In this document: one piece after another, positions 45,984-54,946 of the stretch
Layout: the number at the start of each line of letters is the position of its first letter
Numbering within the stretch: position 1 is the stretch's first letter
From: an uncultured Bacilli bacterium
GTDB lineage: Bacteria > Bacillota_I > Bacilli_A > RF39 > UBA660
Length of the DNA stretch: 64,000 nucleotides
Direction of reading: 5' to 3'
Assembly (NCBI GenBank): GCA_947629325.1
Contig: CANRDE010000002.1
Span: 785 to 64,784 of the forward strand
Translations under genes and position numbers: made by a program
The notes under the pieces: generated by a model
What the model was told of the DNA's origin: nothing
What the model saw: only the letters and a program-made list of their open reading frames with translations
Databases searched by the model: none

Positions 45984-47090
45984 CTAATATGCAATTAGTG
46001 GAATTATTTTAGGATCTAATCCACTTTCTTGTAATTTATTAATTACATTTTCTAAATCATAACTATTATATTTCATTAAAATATGAGGATTTAAATATAT
46101 GTCAAATGGTTCTTTACCAATAGCAATTAATTTTTTTATTTTTGTTTCGAACTCTTTATCATATAATAGTTCAACATTCTCAACAAACATGTCTAATTTA
46201 AAGCCATTATCTTTTGCATATTGAACATTTTTTCTTAAATCTTTTTCATTGTAATTAGCTAGTACCTTTTCTAAATCACCATTAGTAAAATCTAAATAAT
46301 CAAAACCTAATTCTGTAAGTAAGTTAATTAACTCTTCTTTAGGGGAAATTGACTTTATATCAGAAGAAGCTCCTTCTTCTTTTTCTTCATTTATTTCAAC
46401 ATTTTCTTTTGCCTCTGCAAAAACTTCAGATATACTCTTACCTGATTGTTCCATTTCTTTTAATTTTCTCTCATATTCATATAGAGCATCTTCAGGGAAC
46501 ATCAATAATTTTGCGGCTTCTCGGCATTCATCTTCACTAAAATCAAATTTTTCTAGTAAAGCTGTTATTGAATCCCTAGTTATATTAATATTTCCATTTA
46601 AAGCTAATTCAAAATATTCATTAAGACGCGCTTGATTAGCTAAAGCTTCATCTTTTCTAATAGACAATTCTTCTATAGTAGCAATTGCTGTATTCATTTC
46701 TGATTCTACTTGAACTAATTCATCTTTGGCCGCAGCTGTCTCTTTTTGGACTTTTTCAATTGTTTTAGGAAGCATGTTATCTACTTCGGCACTCAATCTT
46801 TCAGGATTAAAATCAATATTTAATTTATCTAAAACAAATTTAAAATCTTCAGCTTTAATATGGCTAAGAGCATTCATTAATTTTTCGCCTTCTTCGGCTA
46901 AAATTGTTTCCTCTTCTATTAAATCTTCAATTCTATTTTGTAAGGTAGTTTTTTCATTACTTGTTCTTTCTTTTGTTTCAGTAGCTTTTATTCTGGATTT
47001 TTCCATGTCAGCTAATACTACACTATCTTCACCACGTAAATTATATAATTTATCTAATAGTTTTGTTATCTCTGAAGTTAACATCTTCAT
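45984..47090 (-). CDS. hypothetical coiled-coil protein (~368 aa)
   Basis: Start is placed at the ATG (MKMLTSE) with AGAGGGAG upstream. The ORF track begins at GTG 47099. The N-terminal ~170 aa are heptad-rich, with an acidic linker and a helical-repeat C-terminus. Confidence 0.6.
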   Translation of the reverse strand: MKMLTSEITKLLDKLYNLRGEDSVVLADMEKSRIKATETKERTSNEKTTLQNRIEDLIEEETILAEEGEKLMNALSHIKAEDFKFVLDKLNIDFNPERLSAEVDNMLPKTIEKVQKETAAAKDELVQVESEMNTAIATIEELSIRKDEALANQARLNEYFELALNGNINITRDSITALLEKFDFSEDECREAAKLLMFPEDALYEYERKLKEMEQSGKSISEVFAEAKENVEINEEKEEGASSDIKSISPKEELINLLTELGFDYLDFTNGDLEKVLANYNEKDLRKNVQYAKDNGFKLDMFVENVELLYDKEFETKIKKLIAIGKEPFDIYLNPHILMKYNSYDLENVINKLQESGLDPKIIPLIAY

Positions 47091-47118
47091 TAGAATCACT
47101 CCCTCTTATTATGTCTAA

Positions 47119-47147
47119 ATTATATCAAAACAGAAATATTTTGTAAA
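47119..47147 (-). promoter_or_regulatory. strong sigma-A-type promoter TTTACA-17-TGaTATAAT
   Basis: On the minus strand the -35 is at 47147..47142. The extended -10 TGATATAAT ends at 47119. It lies between the sigH terminator and the three-gene operon. Confidence 0.55.
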
Positions 47148-47164
47148 CTATTTAGAATTAAAAT

Positions 47165-47189
47165 AGAGAAAAATATTTTATTTTTCTCT
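47165..47189 (-). terminator. hairpin terminator after sigH
   Basis: AGAGAAAAATA (47165-47175) pairs with TATTTTTCTCT (47179-47189). Confidence 0.5.
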
Positions 47190-47818
47190 TAATTAACCTT
47201 TTCGTTCAAAATTTTCTTTATTTTACTTTTAATTCTTTGCATAGTATTATCAACTTGTTTAGAAGTATTATTAAGAATTTTAGCAATTTCTAAATAATTA
47301 AAACCACGTATCATTAAAACAAAAACATCGTTCTCTTTAACAGTTAAACAAGATTTTATTTTAGCAATTAATTCTTCACATCCTTCATCGTCAATAATAT
47401 TTTTTAACGGATCATTAATACTTTCATCACTTATAATATCCATTAACCGATTTTGACTTTCGTCATAAAAAAAATCTAACGAATATGTTTCTTGTAAGCC
47501 TTTATATTTTTCACGGCTATATTTTCTTATTACCCCTGTGATTCTTCTTTCTACACAAAGAGTAATAAATGTAGGTAAACTGGCCTCTTTATCATCTTGA
47601 TAGTTTTTTAGGGCATCACTAAAACCCACAGTACTTTCACTATAAATTTCTTGATAATCTATTTTTAAATTATTTAACCAAGCGCTATATTTTCGAATTA
47701 AAATATCAATAATAAACTTATACTTTAAATAAAGAATATTTTTAGCATTTTCATCATCTTCTCTATATAACATTATAAGTTCACTATCATTTGTTTCTAA
47801 AATTTCTTCATTAGTCAT
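47189..47818 (-). CDS. sigH: SigH-like sigma-70 family factor
   Basis: 209 aa. Region 2 (DKEASLPTFITLCVERRITGVIRKYSREK) and region 4 (NYLEIAKILNNTSKQVDNTMQRIKSKI) align well with my recollection of Bacillus SigH. The conserved rlmB-sigH context is present. Confidence 0.8.
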   Translation of the reverse strand: MTNEEILETNDSELIMLYREDDENAKNILYLKYKFIIDILIRKYSAWLNNLKIDYQEIYSESTVGFSDALKNYQDDKEASLPTFITLCVERRITGVIRKYSREKYKGLQETYSLDFFYDESQNRLMDIISDESINDPLKNIIDDEGCEELIAKIKSCLTVKENDVFVLMIRGFNYLEIAKILNNTSKQVDNTMQRIKSKIKKILNEKVN

Positions 47819-48476
47819 TTCGATTCATACCATAAATAAGTATAGCTGCAGATACGCTAGCATTTAAACTATTTATTTTTCCTTTCATAGGAATTTTTAT
47901 AATAAAATCACTATTATCTTTTATTATTTTACTAATACCTTTTCCTTCATTTCCTATTATCAAAACTTTTTTATCTGTATATTCTAAAGTTCGATAATCT
48001 TCTCCATCCATATTAGCCGCATATATAAAATAACCCATCTCTTTTAATTTATTAATAGCATTTACTAAGTTATTAACCATAATAATTCTTACATGTTCTA
48101 TAGCTCCAGCGCTTACTTTAGCTACTGTTTCGTTTACCGAAACGCTTCTATCACAGGGAATAATAATATCTTTAATTCCGGCACATTCACATGTTCTTAT
48201 GATTGCGCCAAAGTTATGAGGGTCTTCTAAATGATCAAGCATTACAACAAAATTGCCTTTAATATCTTGAAGGGAATAATAGTTATAGTCATATACATCA
48301 ATAACTATCCCTTGATGATTTCCTTTTACCATTTTGCTCAAAGCTTGTTTAGATACAAAATCATATTTTAGTTTTTCTTTTTTTAAATAGGGGATTAATT
48401 CTTTACTGCTAATATATATTTTTTTAATTTTTTTAGGGTCTAATTCTTTTAGAACATTCCTTCCATAAACTAGCAT
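47811..48476 (-). CDS. rlmB: TrmH/SpoU-family 23S rRNA 2'-O-methyltransferase (RlmB/YacO-like)
   Basis: 221 aa. Contains DHLEDPHNFGAIIRT, IGNEGKGIS and SLNASVSAAI. Confidence 0.85.
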   Translation of the reverse strand: MLVYGRNVLKELDPKKIKKIYISSKELIPYLKKEKLKYDFVSKQALSKMVKGNHQGIVIDVYDYNYYSLQDIKGNFVVMLDHLEDPHNFGAIIRTCECAGIKDIIIPCDRSVSVNETVAKVSAGAIEHVRIIMVNNLVNAINKLKEMGYFIYAANMDGEDYRTLEYTDKKVLIIGNEGKGISKIIKDNSDFIIKIPMKGKINSLNASVSAAILIYGMNRND

Positions 48477-48582
48477 TCTTTTTCACCTAGAAGTATTGTA
48501 TCAAATTACTAAATTAAAATCTATTATTAACTTGCATTACTAACGAATTTTCGCTATATTATTTTTATGTTTAGGAGTTTAT

Positions 48583-49500
48583 ATGTTTAAAAACACATTA
48601 GATAATAAAAGATATTATACCTTAAATTATTTTTACCGCCAAAAATTTAATAATAAAGTATTTAAAGTTCCTTTAGATGCTCATTTAAATTGCCCAAATA
48701 AAATAAATGGAAATGGTTGCATTTTTTGTAGCAATAATGCTAAGGCCAACATTATAGAAAGTAAAGATTCATTAGAAGAACAATTCTTAAAAAATATTAC
48801 TATTTTAGAAAATAAATGGCCTAATAGCTTTTATATTCCCTATTTTCAAGCCGGCACTAATACGAATGCCGATTTAAAAACCTTAAAATCTTTATACGAA
48901 AAATTACTAAATTATGAAAAGGTAGTAGGACTTGCTATTGCAACTAGACCTGATTGTTTAACGGAGGAAATTATTAAGTATTTGGGGACTCTTAATCGTC
49001 AAACTTTTTTAACAGTTGAATTAGGACTTCAAAGCAGTAATGAAAAAACCCTAAAATATATAAAACGAGGTCATAACGTAAAATGTTTTATCGATGCTGT
49101 CCAAAAACTTCATGACCAAAATATATTTGTTGTAGCCCATATCATAAATGGACTTCCCTATGAAAAAGAAAGCGACATGCTAAATACTGTGAAACTATTA
49201 AATGATATTAAAATAGATGGGGTGAAAATTCACATGCTATATATATCTAAACATACAGAATTAGCTAATATTTATGAAAAAGATAAATTTCCCTTACTAA
49301 ATAAGGAACAATATATTGATATTGTGATTAAACAATTAGAATTACTAAATGAAAACATAGTAATTGAAAGAATTACAGGTGATCCTATAAAAGAAGAGTT
49401 AATTGCCCCATCTTGGTTATTAAAAAAATTCTGTGTTTTAAATGAAATAGATAAAGAAATGGTCAAAAGAAATGCTTACCAAGGAGATAAAGTAAATTAA
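48583..49500 (+). CDS. TIGR01212-family radical SAM protein
   Basis: 305 aa. Contains the CPN...GCIFC cluster motif and the family-typical length. Confidence 0.75.
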   Translation: MFKNTLDNKRYYTLNYFYRQKFNNKVFKVPLDAHLNCPNKINGNGCIFCSNNAKANIIESKDSLEEQFLKNITILENKWPNSFYIPYFQAGTNTNADLKTLKSLYEKLLNYEKVVGLAIATRPDCLTEEIIKYLGTLNRQTFLTVELGLQSSNEKTLKYIKRGHNVKCFIDAVQKLHDQNIFVVAHIINGLPYEKESDMLNTVKLLNDIKIDGVKIHMLYISKHTELANIYEKDKFPLLNKEQYIDIVIKQLELLNENIVIERITGDPIKEELIAPSWLLKKFCVLNEIDKEMVKRNAYQGDKVN

Positions 49501-49512
49501 ACGAGCAAAAAG

Positions 49513-49541
49513 AAAAAAGATCAAAATAACATTGATCTTTT
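49513..49541. terminator. bidirectional terminator
   Basis: AAAAGATCAA (49515-49524) pairs with TTGATCTTTT (49532-49541), between convergent genes. Confidence 0.6.
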
Positions 49542-49552
49542 AATAATATAAT

Positions 49553-51349
49553 TTATTCTTCTATTTTTTCAAATTGGCTATTATAAAGTTCTGCATATTT
49601 ACCATTTAATTTCAATAATTCTTCATGAGTACCTGTCTCTACTATATTGCCTTCTTGCATCATTAGAATTAAATCAGCATTTTTGATTGTTGATAATCTA
49701 TGAGCAATTATAAATGAAGTTCTTCCTTCCGTTAATTTATCCATAGCTTTTTGAACTAGTTCTTCTGTTCGGGTATCAACACTACTTGTTGCTTCATCTA
49801 AAATCAAGAATGGAGCATCTTTAATCATTCCTCTAGCAATAGTTAATAATTGTTTTTGCCCTAAAGATAAAGAATCATTATCAGTTAAAATAGTATTATA
49901 TCCTTGGGGTAATGATTTTATAAAATGATGAAGCCCTACTATTTTACAAACTTCTTCAATTTTGGCATCAGATACATTTTCTTTATTATATTTGATATTT
50001 TCCTTAATAGTTCCTTCAAAAACCCAAGTATCTTGTAAAACCATAATGAATAAATCATGAATATTTTGACGAGATAATTCTTTAGTTGAAATTCCATCTA
50101 TTTTAATATCACCATCTTTAATGTCATAAAATTTCATCAGTAAATTAACCATGGTGGTTTTGCCTGCTCCTGTTGGACCAACTATTGCAATCTTTTCGCC
50201 CGGTTTTACCTTAACATTAAAATCTTTGATAATTATTTTATTGTCATCATAGCCAAATTTAACATGATTAAATTCTATTGCCCCTTGGACACTATCTTTA
50301 TTTAAAGTTTCTTTAATTTGATCCTCTTTTCCCATTTCTTCTTCCGCTAAGAATTCAAAAACTCTTTCACTGGCAGCCGCACAAGATTGTAAACTAGAAA
50401 AAGATTGTGCTATTTGTGATAATGGTTGAGTAAATAAACGTACATACAACATAAAAGCAACAATAACTCCAAAATCTATTACATTATTCATGGTTAAAAG
50501 AGCGCCAACTATACAAACACAAACATAACCAAAATTACTAATAAATCCCATAAAAGGATGCATCAATCCAGATAAAAATTGACCTTTACGAACATTTTCA
50601 TATAAGCGTTCATTAATTTCATCAAATTTATTATTTGCTTCAGCAGTTCCATTATATACTTTAACAACATTATGCCCTGCATACATTTCTTCGATATGGC
50701 CATTTAAATTTCCTAGTTCATCTTGCAATCTTTCAAAATACTTTTGACTCTTGCCAATAACAGCAAACATAAATACAAATCCTATTATACTAGAAGCCAT
50801 AGCAGTTAAAGCCATAATTCCATTAGTTATTATCATCATAAAAATAGAGCCAATTAATAAAGTTATCGAACTAACTAATGTTCCGAGACTTTGATTCATA
50901 GTCATACTTAAAGTATCAACATCGTTAGTTACTCGCGAAAGAATATCACCATAACTATTTTTATCAAAATATTTAAGAGGCATATTATTTATTTTTTCAC
51001 TAATTTCTTTTCTTAATTGTTTAGAAAATTTATTAGTTACTACGGCCATAATATATTGTTGCAAATAACCAAAAATGGCACTAATAAAATAAATGGTTAA
51101 TAATAATAAAGATATTCTTTTAACTTTATCCATATTAATACCAGTTAATAAACCATTAGTAATTAAATTGGTAATATCCCTTAGTTTATCAGGACCAATT
51201 ATAGATAAAATAGAACTAAACATTGCTAAGACAACAGCAATAAAAATTGGAATAATGTAAGGTCTACAATATTTAATTAGACTAAGCATAGATTTTTTAA
51301 AATCTTTAGCTTTTTCATTGTTGTTGCGATTTCTTCTTCCTGGATGCAT
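49553..51349 (-). CDS. ABC exporter, fused permease/ATPase (heterodimer subunit B)
   Basis: 598 aa. A 6-TM domain is followed by GPTGAGKTT, LSLGQKQ and ILDEATS. Confidence 0.9.
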   Translation of the reverse strand: MHPGRRNRNNNEKAKDFKKSMLSLIKYCRPYIIPIFIAVVLAMFSSILSIIGPDKLRDITNLITNGLLTGINMDKVKRISLLLLTIYFISAIFGYLQQYIMAVVTNKFSKQLRKEISEKINNMPLKYFDKNSYGDILSRVTNDVDTLSMTMNQSLGTLVSSITLLIGSIFMMIITNGIMALTAMASSIIGFVFMFAVIGKSQKYFERLQDELGNLNGHIEEMYAGHNVVKVYNGTAEANNKFDEINERLYENVRKGQFLSGLMHPFMGFISNFGYVCVCIVGALLTMNNVIDFGVIVAFMLYVRLFTQPLSQIAQSFSSLQSCAAASERVFEFLAEEEMGKEDQIKETLNKDSVQGAIEFNHVKFGYDDNKIIIKDFNVKVKPGEKIAIVGPTGAGKTTMVNLLMKFYDIKDGDIKIDGISTKELSRQNIHDLFIMVLQDTWVFEGTIKENIKYNKENVSDAKIEEVCKIVGLHHFIKSLPQGYNTILTDNDSLSLGQKQLLTIARGMIKDAPFLILDEATSSVDTRTEELVQKAMDKLTEGRTSFIIAHRLSTIKNADLILMMQEGNIVETGTHEELLKLNGKYAELYNSQFEKIEE

Positions 51350-51350
51350 T

Positions 51351-53120
51351 TTATTCGCCCCCTAAATCTTTCTCTAACTCACTACTAGATAATTGGGATA
51401 AAGCTATTTCTTTATAAATATTGCATTTTTGCAATAATTCTTTATGCGTTCCCATCCCAACTAATTTGCCTTCATCTAAAACTAAAATTTTATCAGCATC
51501 TTTTATAGTCCCAATTCTTTGGGCCACAATTAAATTAGTAGCATCTTTTGTATATTTTTTTAATTCTTTTCTTAATTTAAAATCCGTTTTATAGTCAAGA
51601 GCACTAAAAGAATCATCAAAAATATAAATTTCTGGTTCCCTTGCTATGGCTCGAGCTATAGAGATTCTTTGTTTTTGTCCTCCCGATAAATTAGTACCAC
51701 TTTGAGCAACATCCGATTCGTATTTTTGAGGCATTTTCTCTACAAAATCTTTTCCTTGCGCAACTTCAATAGCTTCTTTTATTTTATCTTTATTAGGTTT
51801 TTGGTGACCATTATCACCATAAGCAACATTTTCATTAATAGTCCCTCTAAATAAAACAGCCTTTTGAGAAACATAACCTAAAATATTATTTAAAGATTCC
51901 AATTTGTAGTCTTTAACATTAACCCCATCAACTAGAATTTCCCCTTCAGAAGCATCATAAAACCGCGGGATTAAATTTATTAATGTACTCTTACCACTCC
52001 CCGTTGAGCCAATAAAAGCTATAGTTTCTCCTCTATTAGCTTTAAAAGAAATGTTTTCTAACACATATTCTTCAGCGTCAGGATATTTAAAAGACACATT
52101 CTTAAATTCGACTGTTCCTACTTCTTTTCCTTTAATAATATTACCATCTTTTATTTTTTCCTCCGTATTTAAAACTTCTAAAATTCTCTTAGCAGAAACA
52201 GCAGCTCTAGGATAAATAATAAATATCATAATAAGCATCATAAATGACATTAATACTTGCATTGCATAAGAAGAAAATACTACCATATCGCCAAAAAGAG
52301 TTATTTTATCTAACATATTGGCTTTTTCAATCAACAAAGCACCGATAAAATAAATAGAAAGAGACAATGTAGACATAACTAAACTCATAACAGGCGATAA
52401 TATTCCCATCGTTTTTTGGTTAAATAATTGCAGATTTTTTAATTCTTCGTTAGCATTTTCAAATTTCTTTTGTTGATATTCTTCGGCATTAAAAGCTCTA
52501 ATAACTCTAATTCCTGTTAAATTTTCTCTGGTTATTCTATTTAAGTTATCAGTTAATTTTTGCACAATTTTAAACTTAGGAAATACTAACATCATAAGAA
52601 TAATAATCGTAATTAATAGCACAACTACACCACTAGCAGTAGCAATACTCCAAGTAAAATTTTTACCTAATATTTTCACTATGGCCCAGGTCGCCATAAT
52701 AGGGGCCTTAATCATCGCTTGAAGACCCATTCCAATTAACATTTGCACTTGAGTTACATCATTAGTTGTTCTAGTTATTAGACTACTTGTTGAAAATAAT
52801 TTAATCTCTTCGGTACCAAAGGCACCAACTTTTTCAAAAACTGATTTACGAGTGACCTTCCCAAAATAAGCAGCAACATTTGCAGCAAAATAGCCGACAA
52901 CAAAAGAGGCAATTAAGCTACCAAAAGCGCATAAAATCATATAGCCGCCCTCTTTTAATATGCTGCTCATTTTACTGCCTTCTGTTTGCACTAAAATAGT
53001 AATTTCTGACATATAATCAGGTATTTTTAATTCTAAATAAACGTTAATAGATATAAAAATTACACATATAAAAGCATATAATAATTCTCTTTTACCCATT
53101 CTCTTTAATAATTTATACAT
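51351..53120 (-). CDS. ABC exporter, fused permease/ATPase (heterodimer subunit A)
   Basis: 589 aa. Contains GSTGSGKST, LSGGQKQR and IFDDSFSALD. Lies 1 nt from its partner gene. Confidence 0.9.
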   Translation of the reverse strand: MYKLLKRMGKRELLYAFICVIFISINVYLELKIPDYMSEITILVQTEGSKMSSILKEGGYMILCAFGSLIASFVVGYFAANVAAYFGKVTRKSVFEKVGAFGTEEIKLFSTSSLITRTTNDVTQVQMLIGMGLQAMIKAPIMATWAIVKILGKNFTWSIATASGVVVLLITIIILMMLVFPKFKIVQKLTDNLNRITRENLTGIRVIRAFNAEEYQQKKFENANEELKNLQLFNQKTMGILSPVMSLVMSTLSLSIYFIGALLIEKANMLDKITLFGDMVVFSSYAMQVLMSFMMLIMIFIIYPRAAVSAKRILEVLNTEEKIKDGNIIKGKEVGTVEFKNVSFKYPDAEEYVLENISFKANRGETIAFIGSTGSGKSTLINLIPRFYDASEGEILVDGVNVKDYKLESLNNILGYVSQKAVLFRGTINENVAYGDNGHQKPNKDKIKEAIEVAQGKDFVEKMPQKYESDVAQSGTNLSGGQKQRISIARAIAREPEIYIFDDSFSALDYKTDFKLRKELKKYTKDATNLIVAQRIGTIKDADKILVLDEGKLVGMGTHKELLQKCNIYKEIALSQLSSSELEKDLGGE

Positions 53121-53268
53121 ATTTGCTTCCTTTCAAAATGACTCAATATTAATATATATTTTTCTTTTTAATAAACATTCCTTATTCTAATATTTCTATG
53201 TGAAAATATCATGAAATTTAAAAAGAACTTAACGTTCTATAATTTCATTTCTATATTATAACATTATC

Positions 53269-54006
53269 TTATTTTTTAGCAACTATTTTACTTTCTCCTG
53301 TCTTATAATCTATTTCAATACCATCTTGGACATTATAGACATAAATATTAAATTTAATTCCTTCTCCTTTATCTTCAATAGAATAACCTTCCATTTGAAC
53401 TCCACTTGCCACTAAATTATTATCTTCAAAAATTGGAGTTACTCTATATAAAACGTGATTATTAGTAGTTTTAATATAATCAGCTACTTTATTTTCATAC
53501 TCTAACATAACGCCAGTATTCATTTGTCTTGTACAGGTTATTAAATTTTGAGGATTAGCATTTTCACCAGTTAATTGATAGCCAATCAAATGACATCTAT
53601 TATATAAATATTTTCCTTCTACATTATCATATTTAACCGTATGCCAACCACTCGGTTTTATCATGCCAATACTTCCGCGCTCTTCGGTAGGCATTAACTC
53701 TTTCCCAATTTTTGCTAAAGCCACTCCACAACGATCTAAAATATCCAATTTACTATAATTCTCAAAATCCGCATCATCATATAAATCTTCATTAAAATTG
53801 GGCTCATTATTGTTAATAATAACAAAAGCTTGCCCATCATAAACAGGAATTTCCTCCATACTATAAGATTTTTGAGGAAAAAGATATTGATTAAGAAATC
53901 CTTTTATTTCCGTTTGAAAATTATAATAAATAGCTATTAAAACAATAAATAGCAAAACTACTAATATATTATTCTTCTTTTTTCTTTTGGCCATAATTAA
54001 CTTCAT
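53269..54006 (-). CDS. membrane-anchored DNA/RNA non-specific endonuclease (DNA-entry nuclease type)
   Basis: 245 aa. An N-terminal anchor (KRKKK plus TM) is followed by YNRCHLIGYQLTGENANPQNLITCTRQMN, the motif remembered from the Endonuclease_NS_2 / EndA-NucA-like family. Confidence 0.7.
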   Translation of the reverse strand: MKLIMAKRKKKNNILVVLLFIVLIAIYYNFQTEIKGFLNQYLFPQKSYSMEEIPVYDGQAFVIINNNEPNFNEDLYDDADFENYSKLDILDRCGVALAKIGKELMPTEERGSIGMIKPSGWHTVKYDNVEGKYLYNRCHLIGYQLTGENANPQNLITCTRQMNTGVMLEYENKVADYIKTTNNHVLYRVTPIFEDNNLVASGVQMEGYSIEDKGEGIKFNIYVYNVQDGIEIDYKTGESKIVAKK

Positions 54007-54543
54007 CGTTTTCCTTCCCTATTTTTAATTTTAATCTTTTGATATTATTTTCATTATCTTCTTTAAAAATATCATGAAATCCAAATTGGTAAAACAAGAG
54101 AAATTTTAAAAGGGTTAAATTTTGTTCTTTTAAACCCATTAAATACCAATCAATTTTTTCCTTATTGTTTAAATTAAAGGTTTGCAAAAATTTAATTCTA
54201 TCAAAATCACTACTATTTTTGATAATATTAATTACTATATCTCGCGTTAAAAATTTATTAATGGTAATTTCCTCTACTGCATACATGTCATAATAACCAT
54301 AATATTCATCATCAAATTTTGACATGTTTCCCGACCCGTTACTTCTGCTATACATATATCTTCCGTTAGATATTCATAATATCTAAAAACATCAGCCAAA
54401 TGAGTACATAAATGAAATCCATATCCCCAAGGACCAAATTTAACTTCTGATTGAGAAATTTGATAAGTTTGACCTTCTTCAAAATGCATACCATAACGAT
54501 TTGTTTGATCAATATTAAAAGCTTTATAACCTTTTACTTCCAT
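53969..54543 (-). pseudogene. frameshifted gene (two overlapping ORFs, 54274..54543 and 53969..54355)
   Basis: The N-frame reads ...DICIAEVTG and then runs into nonsense (RETCQNLMM..). The frame one step back reads SGNMSKFDDEYYGYYDMYAVEEITI... A single -1 shift near 54334 (acgggtcggg) joins them into one ~190-aa product. Confidence 0.55.
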
Positions 54544-54601
54544 ATCTCACCAATTATATTACATATTTATAATATCACAGAATAATTTAAAATAAAAGAA
54601 A

Positions 54602-54946
54602 CTATTGCTTGTTAGTAGCAGCAATAATTTCTTCATATAATTTTTGCTCTTCGTCTATTTCTTGTTTATATTTATTGATTGATTCTTCATAGTCTTTAAT
54701 AGTAGCTTCTAAATTATTTATTTCGTTTTGCCATTCTTCTGCACTTAAAGAATTTACCATAGCTTTTTCTAATTTTTCCTGTGCTGTTTCTAATTCTTTT
54801 TCTTTTTCTTTTAACTTACTATTTAAATTTTGTTCTTCTAAATAATCTCTATAATTTTTATATAATTTGATTACTTCTTTATATTGAAAAGATAAAGCTA
54901 CAATAAAACTAATTAATAAAATTATCACCATGTTTTTAATTTTCAT
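54602..54946 (-). CDS. small TM-anchored coiled-coil protein
   Basis: Start is placed at MKIKNMVIILLISF. The ORF-track start at 55003 overlaps the upstream gene by 68 nt. One TM is followed by an E/K-rich heptad region. Confidence 0.5.
   Translation of the reverse strand: MKIKNMVIILLISFIVALSFQYKEVIKLYKNYRDYLEEQNLNSKLKEKEKELETAQEKLEKAMVNSLSAEEWQNEINNLEATIKDYEESINKYKQEIDEEQKLYEEIIAATNKQ

Noticed and set aside
45008-47090. Impression that the three sigH-adjacent proteins contain mTERF-like ~30-residue helical repeats
   Set aside because: This rests only on loose L..LG....I spacing seen by eye. It cannot be supported without a profile search, so it is not used for annotation.
485-49466. Other short ORFs antisense to long genes (485..676, 13202..13504, 14200..14463, 15340..15552, 16830..17054, 18643..18867, 18816..19238, 20652..20963, 21532..21762, 41095..41331, 42327..42560, 42976..43218, 46349..46540, 46726..47118, 49272..49466)
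   Set aside because: Each is wholly embedded opposite a longer ORF with clear family motifs. They have low-complexity, AT-codon-driven composition and no RBS.
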